A stretch of DNA of 40,312 nucleotides from Mustelus asterias (taxonomy: Eukaryota). The stretch's first letter is position 1. Each line of letters begins with the position of its first letter. This document shows positions 30,716-40,312 of the stretch, one piece after another. A program made the position numbers and the translations under genes. Location of the stretch: contig NW_027591211.1 in assembly GCF_964213995.1 (NCBI RefSeq), forward strand, positions 62,001-102,312, written 5' to 3'. The notes beneath the pieces are model-generated. The model saw nothing but the letters and a program-made list of their open reading frames with translations, searched no databases and was not told where the DNA came from.

Positions 30716-31062
30716 AGGAGAGGCAATGGCCTAGTGTTATTATCTCCAGACTATTAATCCAGAAACTCAGCCAATGTTCTGGGGACCTGGGTTTGAATCC
30801 CACCAATTGGAATTCAATAAAAATATCTGGAATTAAGAATCTACTGGTGACCATGAAACTATTGTCGATTGTTGGAAAAACCCATCTGGTTCACTAATGT
30901 CTTTTAGGGAAGGAAATCTGCCGTCCTTCCGTGGTCTGGGCTACGTGTGACTCCAGAGCCACAGCAATGCGGTTAACTCTCAACTGCCCGCGAAGAGCAA
31001 CTCGATGCAATAAATTCTGTTCAGCCAGCGATGCCCATGTCCCACGAAAGAATTAAAGAAAA
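30716..31062 (+). mobile_element. Second tRNA-derived SINE family (not HE1)
   Basis: A-box-like TGGCCTAGTG, B-box GGTTTGAATCCC, body TAGGGAAGGAAATCTGCCGTCCTT...TGTGACTCCAG, A-rich end. Partial copies at ~36880-37095 and ~14190-14300. Confidence 0.75.
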
Positions 31063-31228
31063 CTTCAATCAACTCACTCCTGAACCTTCTAAATCCCAGG
31101 GATACAGAATAAATCTCCATCGAAACTGTCCTGTGACAAAATACACCACAGAGTTAGAAACACAGTCAATGCCTCTACTTTCTCAGAAGATGAAGGAAAT
31201 TGGGCATGTCAGCTATAACTCTCACTAA

Positions 31229-31696
31229 CTCATTCTTTCTGGTTGTATCACAGCTTGGTCTGGCTCCTGTTCTGCCCAAGACCGCAAGGATCTACAAAAG
31301 GTCATGAATGTAGCCCAATCCATCACGCAAACCGGCCTCCCATCCACTGACTCTGTCTACACTTCCCGCTGCCTCGGAAAAGCAGCCAGCATAATGAAGG
31401 ACCTCACCCACCCCGGACATTCTCTCTTCCACCTTCTTCCGTCGGGAAAAAGATACAAACGTCTGAGGTCACGGACCGACCGACTCAAGAACAGCTTCTT
31501 CCTGCTGCTGGCAGACTTTTGAATGGACCTACCCTGCATTAAATTGATCTTTCTCTCCACCCGAGCTATGACTGTAACACTACATTCTGCACTCTCTCGC
31601 TTCCTTCTCTATGAACAGTATGCTTTGTATGTATAGCGCGCATGAAACAAGACTTTTCACTGTATACTAATATGATAATAATAAATCAAATCAAAA
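31229..31696 (+). mobile_element. Rex1/Babar-clade LINE 3' fragment
   Basis: ORF 31304-31522: SVYTSRCLGKAASIMKDLTHPGHSLFHLLPSGKRYK...RLKNSFF; AATAAATCAAATCAAA tail. Confidence 0.88.
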
Positions 31697-31714
31697 TAAT
31701 TAATCAAGTCAAAG

Positions 31715-31913
31715 TATTTACCCTGCTAATCCCCCTAAGACTATGGGGAAATTTAGCATGGCCAATCCACCGAACCCGCACATCTTTGGGCTGAGAGAAG
31801 GAAGAGCGGCACTCGGAGGAAACCCATGCAGATAGTGACCCGAGGCTGGATATGAACTTGTGTCCCTGGTGCTGTGATACAGCAGTGCTAACCACTGGTG
31901 CCACCGTGCTGCC
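31715..31913 (-). mobile_element. Decayed HE1-type SINE
   Basis: CAGCAGTGCTAACCACTGGTGCCACCGTGCTGCCC head (antisense). Confidence 0.8.
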
Positions 31914-32496
31914 CGCTCCTGTTTGGGAGCTTCACCAGGTTGACAGCTCATTTTTAAGGGATGCCAGGTTGACCCCGTGGCTTGATGGTAATGGTTGAGT
32001 GGGGAATGAATCATTCTCTGTTACCTGCAGTGTCCTGGACATTGAGAGAAACTGACACTCAGACACATAAAACAACAACCTGCATTGACATAGCACCTTG
32101 AACAGAAACGTCCTCAGATGCTTCACAGGAGCCTGGAGTGAAAAATTAGAAGCCGAGTCACAGGCGAGTTTAGGGACAAAAGAATTGCCCCAAAGCTCTG
32201 GTCAAAAAGGGGTTGTTTTTAGGAAATGTCTGAATGGTGGAAAGGGAGGGATGAAGACAGAGAGTTTTGGGAAGGAATTCCAGAGTTGGAGCCACACAGT
32301 TGAACTGCAGACCCCAATGGTGAAAGGATTAAAATGGGGAATGGTCAGGGAGCCAGGATTAAAGGAAAACAGATATCAGAGGATGGTGGGACTGGGGGAT
32401 ATAGGGAGGGTTCATTTACAGAAGACAGTACCAAACTTTAACCACATCTCGTGTGAATAAGTGCTTCCTAATTTAGCTTTGAAAGATGTTTAGAAG

Positions 32497-32720
32497 TTTA
32501 TTTATTTGTGTCACAAGTCGGCTTACATTAACACGGTAATGAAGTTACTGTGAAAATCCCCTCGTCGCCACACTCCGGCGCCTGTTCGGGTAACACTGAG
32601 GGAGAATTTAGCATGGCCAATGCACCCTAAACAGCACGTCTTTCAGACTGAGGGAGGAAACCGGAGCATCCGGAGGAAACCCACGCAGACACAGGGAGAA
32701 CATGCGGACTCCGCACAGAC
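32497..32720 (-). mobile_element. HE1-related SINE 3' half
   Basis: Same subfamily as 15385-15582. Confidence 0.85.
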
Positions 32721-32721
32721 A

Positions 32722-33780
32722 GGAATAAATGAATCTTTTTCTAAGTAACAGGCAGTGACGAGTGGGGTCCCGCAGGGGTCAGTTCTTGGGTCCCAGCTAT
32801 TCACAAAACACATCAGTGATTTGGATGAGGGAACCAAACGTAATATTCTCAAGTTTGCTGATGAGACGAAACTTGGTGGGAATGTGAGTGATGGGGAGGA
32901 TGTTAAGAGGCTTCAGGGTGATTTAGACAAGTTGAGTGAGTGGGGAAATACATGGCAGATGCAGAATAATGTGGATAAATGTGACGTTATCCACTTTGGA
33001 CGGAGGAAGAGAATGACAGAATATTAGTTGAATGGTGATAGATTGGGAAATGTTGTACAAAGGGACCTGGGTATCTGAGAACACCAGTCACTGAAAGCAA
33101 GCATGCAGCTACAGCAAGCAGTTAGGAAGACCAATGGGATGTTGGCCTTCATTGCAAGAGGATTGGAGTAGAAGAGCAAGGATGTCTTACTGCAGCTGGA
33201 CAGAGCCTCGGTGAGACCACACCTGGAGTCTTGTGTACAGTGTTCCTCTCCTTATCTGAGGAAGGATGTACTTGCCACAGAGGGAGAGCAGTGAATGTTC
33301 ACCAGACTGATTCCTGGGATGGCAGCATTGATGTCTGAGGGGAGATTGGGTCGGCTGGGCCTGTATTCACTGGAATGTAGAAGAGTGAGCGGGGATCGAA
33401 TTGAAAGGTATAAAATTCTGACAGTGCTGGACAGGCTGGATACAGGGATATTGTTTCCTCCGGCTGGGGGTGTCTGGAACAAGGGGTCACAGTCTCAGGA
33501 TACGGGGGAGGCCATTTGGGACTGAGATGAGGGGAAACCTCTTCACTCAGAGGGTGGTGAACCTGTGGAATTCTCTCCCACAGAAAGCTGTGGAGACCAA
33601 GTCACTGAATATATTTAAGAAGGAAATAGATAGATTTCTAGACTCTAAAGGTGTCGAGGTGTATGGGGAGAGCGCTGGTGTATGGCATTGAGACAGAGGA
33701 TCGGCCATGATAGTGTTGAATGGTGGGTCAGGCTCGAAGGGCTGAATGGCCTCCTCCTCCTCCTATTTTCTATGTTGATG
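32722..33780 (+). mobile_element. CR1 3' portion with RT core, decayed
   Basis: TSGVPQGSVLG...KFADETKLGG...; GNLFTQRVVNLWNSLP; multiple stops. Confidence 0.92.
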
Positions 33781-33938
33781 TGACCGCCCCAAGTCTCTTT
33801 GGGCCTCCACTCTTTCCAGCCTTTCCCCATTCATAAAGCAATCTGTTCTATCCTTTTTAAAGTGGGTGACCACACAATTGTCTCCAATGAAATCCATCTT
33901 TCACTCTTTGAACCATTCAGTTAAGACATTTTACTTTA

Positions 33939-34697
33939 GGGCGGCACGGTGGCACAGTGGTTCGTACTGCTGCCTCACAGCGCCAGGGACCCGGGTTCAA
34001 TTCCAGCCTCGGGTGACTGTGTGGAGTTTGCACATTCTCCCCGTGTCTGCGTGGGTTTCCTCTGGGTGCTCTGGTTACCTTCCACACTCGCAAGATATAT
34101 AGGTTAGATGGATTAGCAATGGGGTTATGGGGATAGGGCTGGGTGAGGGCCTGGGTAAGATACTCTGTCATCAAGTCTGTGCAGACTCAATGAGCTGAAT
34201 GGCCTCTTATGCAGTGGAATACCTCTTTGCCATTTGAAGCTTCTGGTTTCCTTCCACACTCCAAAGATGTGCGGGTTAGGTTGATTGGCTGTGCTCAATT
34301 GCCCCTTAGTGTTAGGGGGATTCAGGCCTGGGTGGTATTGTTGTCGGGGGCAGGCTTGATGGGCCAAAGGACCTCCTTCTGCACTTTAGGGATTCTATGA
34401 TGAACGGCATGGTGGCACAGTGGTTAGCACAGCGCCAGGGACCCAGGTTCAATTCCAGCCTCAGCTCGCTGTCAGTGTAGAGTTCTCCCAGTGTCTGCGT
34501 GGGTTTCCTCCGGGTGCTCCAGTTTCCTCCCACAGTCCAAACATGTGCGGGTTAGGTGGATTGGCCATGATAAATTGACCCAAGTGTCAGGGGATTAACA
34601 GGGTAAATATATGGGGTTACGGGAATAGGGCCTGGGTGGGATTGTGGTCGATGCAGACTCGATGGGCCGAATGGTCTGCCCTTCAGGGATTCTAGGA
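33939..34697 (+). mobile_element. Three head-to-tail HE1-type SINE copies (33939-34215, ~34240-34400 partial, 34405-34697)
   Basis: Repeated GGCACGGTGGCACAGTGGTT heads and GGGATTCTATGA-type tails. Confidence 0.85.
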
Positions 34698-35636
34698 TCT
34701 CAAATCATTGATAAATACGATGAAACTGAGACAGACACGGGGGCTTTGCAGCAGCAGAGACAGGATGAGAATCATTGCATCCTGCATGGAGTTTTATTAC
34801 ACAACCAATTTCAGAAAATTCACAACTCTAATTCACAACAGCAAAGTGTGGGATTGCAAACTTGGAATTATTAGCACAGGACTAAAGTTTAAAAGCTAAA
34901 CACTGACATTCGGAAACAGGAGATGGCCTCACATCTTCAATTCTGTGATTGTCCCCCATCTCCTGCTCTGAATATTACAATATCTCTGCCCCCTTCATGC
35001 GTCTGCAGACTTTGAAAGTTACTCAGACATCGGTGAAACTAGTCTTTATCTCGGGGCGTTTCCTGTGAAATATGCACCTTCTCCAAAGAGACACAATCTA
35101 ATTGACGCTTTCTGATACAATCTGAATCTCCTTTCAAACAACCTCCCAACCCCACTGTGCAGGAATGTCACCTTTTGTCACATTCCCCAACACAATTGTT
35201 GACATTTTATCAGGTGGGAAAAGTAGATTCAACTGACAGATTCTGAGCCCCAGGTTGAATCTTTAAGATGTAAAACTGAACTGAAAGCCCAGGTCTCTCT
35301 GTTCCTGCATCCATTTTAACATTGACCCATTGATTTTAAATTGCTTCTCCTGTATAAAAATATAATCTATCAACCTCAGATTTAAACATTAATAAGCAAC
35401 TGAGCATCAACTGCGAATTATAGAAGGTAGTTCCAAACTAATATCACAGCTGGTGTGGCAAAGTGTTTCTGAATTCCACTCCTACAAGTCTAAAATCCTC
35501 AACATTGTTTGAAATCCAATGTCCCCAAGTCCTGGACTCCCCAACCAGCAGGAAAAGTTGTTCTTCCAGCATTACAGAGTAACACTTCAACTACACTTTT
35601 CAACAAACAATCCCAAACCAAATACAGAACAGGGTT

Positions 35637-36328
35637 CATAGAATCCTGCAGTGCAGGAGGCCATTCGGCCCATCGAGTCTGCACTGACCACAATCCCACC
35701 CAGGCCCCATCCCTATAATCACATACATTTACCTCAGCTAATCCTCCTGACACTAAGGGACAATTTAGCTTGGCCAATCCACCTAACCTGTACACCTGAT
35801 AGAAGTCTGCCAGATTATGAGGGGGCATGGACAGAGTGGATAGTCAGAAGCTTTTTCCCAGGGTGGAAGAGTTATTACTCGGGGGCATAGGTTTAAGGTG
35901 CGAGGGGCAAGGTTTAAAGGAGATGTGGGAGGAAAGTTTTTTTACACAGAGGGTGGTGGGTGCCTGGAACTCGTTGCCGGGGGAGGGAGTGGAAACGGAT
36001 ACGCTAGTGACTTTTCAAGGGCGTCTTGACAAAGACATGAATAAGATGGGAATGGAGGGATATGGTCCCCGGAAGGGTAGGGGGTTTTAGTTCAGTCAGG
36101 CAGCATGGTCGGTGCAGGATTGGAGAGCCGAAAGACCTGTTCCCGTGCTGTAATTTTCTTTGTTCTATCTTTGGAGTGTGGGATGAAACCGGAGCACCCG
36201 GAGGAAACCCACACAAACACGGGAAGGACGTTCAAACTCCAGTCAGAAAGTGAGCCAAGCTGGGAATCGAAGGCGGGTCCCTGGCACAGTGAGGAAGCAG
36301 TGCTAACCCCTGCATCACTGTGCCACCC
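35637..36328. mobile_element. HE1-type SINE pieces (-; 35637-35790 and 36168-36328) flanking a + strand CR1 3' fragment (~35800-36167)
   Basis: SINE tail on the left and head on the right; CR1 FFTQRVVGAWNSLP (ORF 35827-36090) in between, consistent with a nested insertion. Confidence 0.8.
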
Positions 36329-37584
36329 CCATATTGAAAAGTTGGGTTCAAATTCAAGACAGCCGCAAATTCACTTTGAGAAAAGTTCCCTCTGCTGTGT
36401 CAAAGGAATTTTTTATTGAGGATTTTTATTTCTGGGAAAACTGAACTCACATTGAACAGCATCCCAGTGTGGGATTTAAACTCTAGTTTGTTTCAGTCCT
36501 GGGGAGAGAGATGGAGCGAGAGGGAGAGATACAGATACAGAGGCAGAGAGACACAGAAACAGGATGGGATTGTGCTGTGCATGTTTCAGAGCTGACACTG
36601 AGACACACACGAGATGTACAATCGCAGCCCAGAGTGAATCATTCTCTGTTACCTGCAGTGTCCTGGACATGGACAGAAGCTGACACTCAGACACACACAA
36701 CAACAACTTGCATTTATATAGCACCTTGAACAGGATTATCCCAAGATGCTTCACAGGAGCCTTAATGTGAGAAATTTGACCCCGAGTCACAGGAGAGTTT
36801 AGGGTCACATGTCCCAAAGGTTTGGCCAGATGGTTTTTATGGACTATTTTAATTGGAGGAAAACGAGGTGTTAAAATGGACAAAACCAATCTGCTTCACG
36901 AATGTTCTTTAGGGAAGGAAATCTGCCGTCCTTACCTGGTCGGGCCTACATGTGACTCCAGCCCCACAGCAATGTGGTTGACTCTTAGATGCTGTTTGAA
37001 ATGGCCTAGCAAGCCACTCAGTTCATGAGCAATTAGGGACGAGGAGTAAACGCTGGCAGAACCAGCCAGGCCCACATCCCATGGATGTATTTGAGTAAAA
37101 CGTTCAGGGAAGGAATTCCAGAGTTGGAGCCCACACAGATGAAGACACAGCTCCCAATGGTGAAACGATTCAAATTGTGGATGGTCACGGAGCCAGAATG
37201 AAAGGAAAACAGATATGGGAGGATGGTGGGACTGGAGGAGGTGGATAACCAGCAAGAAACATTTCTCTCTCTCTGTGCTATCAGTTTCCATTATTCTCCT
37301 GACAACTNNNNNNNNNNNNNNNNNNNNNNNNNNNNNNNNNNNNNNNNNNNNNNNNNNNNNNNNNNNNNNNNNNNNNNNNNNNNNNNNNNNNNNNNNNNNN
37401 NNNNNNNNNNNNNNNNNNNNNNNNNNNNNNNNNNNNNNNNNNNNNNNNNNNNNNNNNNNNNNNNNNNNNNNNNNNNNNNNNNNNNNNNNNNNNNNNNNNN
37501 NNNNNNNNNNNNNNNNNNNNNNNNNNNNNNNNNNNNNNNNNNNNNNNNNNNNNNNNNNNNNNNNNNNNNNNNNNNNNNNNNNNN

Positions 37585-40312
37585 GAGGGAGGGAGACACA
37601 GAGGGAGGGAGACACAGAGGGAGGGAGACACAGAGGGAGGGAGACACAGAGGGAGGGAGACACAGAGGGAGGGAGACACAGAAGGAGGGAGACACAGAAG
37701 GAGGGAGACACAGAAGGAGGGAGACACAGAAGGAGGGAGACACAGAGAGGGAGACACAGAGAGAGGGAGACACAGAGAGAGGGAGACACAGAAGGAGGGA
37801 GACACAGAAGGAGGGAGACACAGAGGGAGGGAGACACAGAGGGAGGGAGACACAGAGGGAGGGAGACACAGAGGGAGTGAGACACAGAGGGAGGGAGACA
37901 GAGAGAGGGACAGTGACAGAGAGAGGGACAGAGAGAGAGGGACAGAGAGAAAGAGAGAGAGAGGGACAGACCAAGAGAGAGGCAGAGAGAGGGACAGACC
38001 AAGAGAGAGACAGAGAGAGACAAAGATGGAGAGAGACAGAGCGAGAGTGAGACAGAGAGGGAGTGAGACAGAGAGGGAGTGAGGCAGAGAGGGAGTGAGG
38101 CAGAGAGGGAGTGAGACAGAGAGGGAGTGAGACAGAGAGGGAGTGAGNNNNNNNNNNNNNNNNNNNNNNNNNNNNNNNNNNNNNNNNNNNNNNNNNNNNN
38201 NNNNNNNNNNNNNNNNNNNNNNNNNNNNNNNNNNNNNNNNNNNNNNNNNNNNNNNNNNNNNNNNNNNNNNNNNNNNNNNNNNNNNNNNNNNNNNNNNNNN
38301 NNNNNNNNNNNNNNNNNNNNNNNNNNNNNNNNNNNNNNNNNNNNNNNNNNNNNNNNNNNNNNNNNNNNNNNNNNNNNNNNNNNNNNNNNNNNNNNNNNNN
38401 NNNNNNNNNNNNNNNNNNNNCACAGAGGGAGGGAGACACAGAGGGAGGGAGACACAGAGGGAGGGAGACACAGAGGGAGGGAGACACAGAGGGAGGGAGA
38501 CACAGAGGGAGGGAGACACAGAGGGAGGGAGACACAGAGGGAGGGAGGCAGAGACAGAGAGAGGGGGGGACAGAGAGAGGGAGAGACAGAGAGGGGGAGA
38601 CACAGAGAGGGGGAGACACAGAGAGGGGGAGACACAGAGAGAGGGAGACACAGAGAGAGGGAGACACAGAGAGAGGGAGACACAGAGAGAGGGAGACACA
38701 GAGAGAGGGAGACACAGAGAGAGGGAGACACAGAGAGAGGGAGACACAGAGAGAGGGAGACACANNNNNNNNNNNNNNNNNNNNNNNNNNNNNNNNNNNN
38801 NNNNNNNNNNNNNNNNNNNNNNNNNNNNNNNNNNNNNNNNNNNNNNNNNNNNNNNNNNNNNNNNNNNNNNNNNNNNNNNNNNNNNNNNNNNNNNNNNNNN
38901 NNNNNNNNNNNNNNNNNNNNNNNNNNNNNNNNNNNNNNNNNNNNNNNNNNNNNNNNNNNNNNNNNNNNNNNNNNNNNNNNNNNNNNNNNNNNNNNNNNNN
39001 NNNNNNNNNNNNNNNNNNNNNNNNNNNNNNNNNNNNNNNNNNNNNNNNNNNCACAGAGGGAGGGAGACACAGAGGGAGGGAGACACAGAGGGAGGGAGAC
39101 ACAGAGGGAGGGAGACACAGAGGGAGAGAGAGAGGGACAGACCAAGGGAGAGACAGAGAGAGAGAGAAAGACAGAGAGAAAGAGTGACANNNNNNNNNNN
39201 NNNNNNNNNNNNNNNNNNNNNNNNNNNNNNNNNNNNNNNNNNNNNNNNNNNNNNNNNNNNNNNNNNNNNNNNNNNNNNNNNNNNNNNNNNNNNNNNNNNN
39301 NNNNNNNNNNNNNNNNNNNNNNNNNNNNNNNNNNNNNNNNNNNNNNNNNNNNNNNNNNNNNNNNNNNNNNNNNNNNNNNNNNNNNNNNNNNNNNNNNNNN
39401 NNNNNNNNNNNNNNNNNNNNNNNNNNNNNNNNNNNNNNNNNNNNNNNNNNNNNNNNNNNNNNNNNNNNNNNNNNNNNNNNNNNNNNNNNNNNNNNNNNNN
39501 NNNNNNNNNNNNNNNNNNNNNNNNNNNNNNNNNNNNNNNNNNNNNNNNNNNNNNNNNNNNNNNNNNNNNNNNNNNNNNNNNNNGACAATGACAGAGAGAG
39601 ACAAAGACGGAGAGAGACAGAGAGAGACAAAGACGGAGAGAGACAGAGACGGAGAGAGACAGAGACGGAGAGAGACAAAGACGGAGAGAGACAAAGACGG
39701 AGAGAGACAAAGACGGAGAGAGACAAAGACGGAGAGAGACAAAGACGGAGAGAGACAAAGACGGAGAGAGAGAGAGTGAGACAGAGAGAGAGGGAGACAG
39801 AGAGAGAGGGAGACAGAGAGGGAGGGAGACAGAGAGGGAGGGAGACACAGAGGGAGGGAGACACAGAGGGAGGGAGACACAGAGGGAGGGAGACACAGAG
39901 GGAGGGAGACACAGAGGGAGGGAGACACAGAGGCAGGGAGACACAGAGGCAGGGAGACACAGAGGGAGGGAGACACAGAGGGAGGGAGACACAGAGGGAG
40001 GGAGACACAGAGGGAGGAAGACACAGAGGGAGGGAGACACAGAGGGAGGGAGACACAGAGGGAGGGAGACACAGAGGGAGGGAGACACAGAGGGAGGGAG
40101 ACACAGAGGGAGGGAGACAGAGAGAGGGGGGGACAGAGAGAGGGAGAGACAGAGAGAGGGAGAGACAGAGAGAGGGAGAGACAGAGAGAGGGAGAGACAG
40201 AGAGAGGGAGACACAGAGAGAGGGAGACACAGAGAGAGGGAGACACAGAGAGAGGGAGACACAGAGAGAGGGAGACACAGAGAGAGGGATAGTCAGAGAG
40301 GGAGACACAGAG
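37585..40312. repeat. 16-bp purine-rich satellite (GAGGGAGACACAGAGG)n with variants, interrupted by N-gaps
   Basis: 16-bp periodicity; variant blocks GAGGGAGACACAGAGA and AGACAAAGACGGAGAG (~39590-39770). Gaps at 37308-37584, 38148-38420, 38765-39051 and 39190-39583. Confidence 0.95.

Noticed and set aside
36932-40308. ORFs of ~1000 aa on the minus strand and ~500 aa on the plus strand
   Set aside because: Artefacts of the 16-bp satellite and N-gaps.

Overview
Repeat-dense eukaryotic genomic DNA, almost certainly from a shark. This is inferred from the HE1-type SINEs, HER1/CR1 LINEs and a shark-type IgM CH1 exon. The window has five N-gaps. Recognisable content: (i) an intact immunoglobulin mu constant-1 exon (6123-6422, +), with no Cmu2-4 visible downstream and a G-rich, AID-hotspot-rich tandem repeat about 1 kb upstream; (ii) a young GC-rich Tx1-clade non-LTR retrotransposon (-) with an intact 5' end, a 28-bp tandem array, intact ORF1, and an ORF2 that is frameshifted and cut at its 3' side; (iii) a C2H2 zinc-finger gene (-) below a CpG-island promoter (RFX/YY1/NRF1/CTCF motifs), whose fifth finger is broken and fused to a Penelope-like element end, so the stop codon sits in the loop of a minimal hammerhead ribozyme just upstream of an AATAAA; (iv) many CR1, Rex1/Babar, HE1-SINE and other SINE copies; (v) old and recent local duplications carrying orphan splice-site modules; (vi) a 52-bp minisatellite and a terminal 16-bp purine-rich satellite. 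Most long ORFs in the supplied track are low-complexity or antisense artefacts. Family assignments come from recalled motifs, not database searches, and repeat boundaries are approximate.
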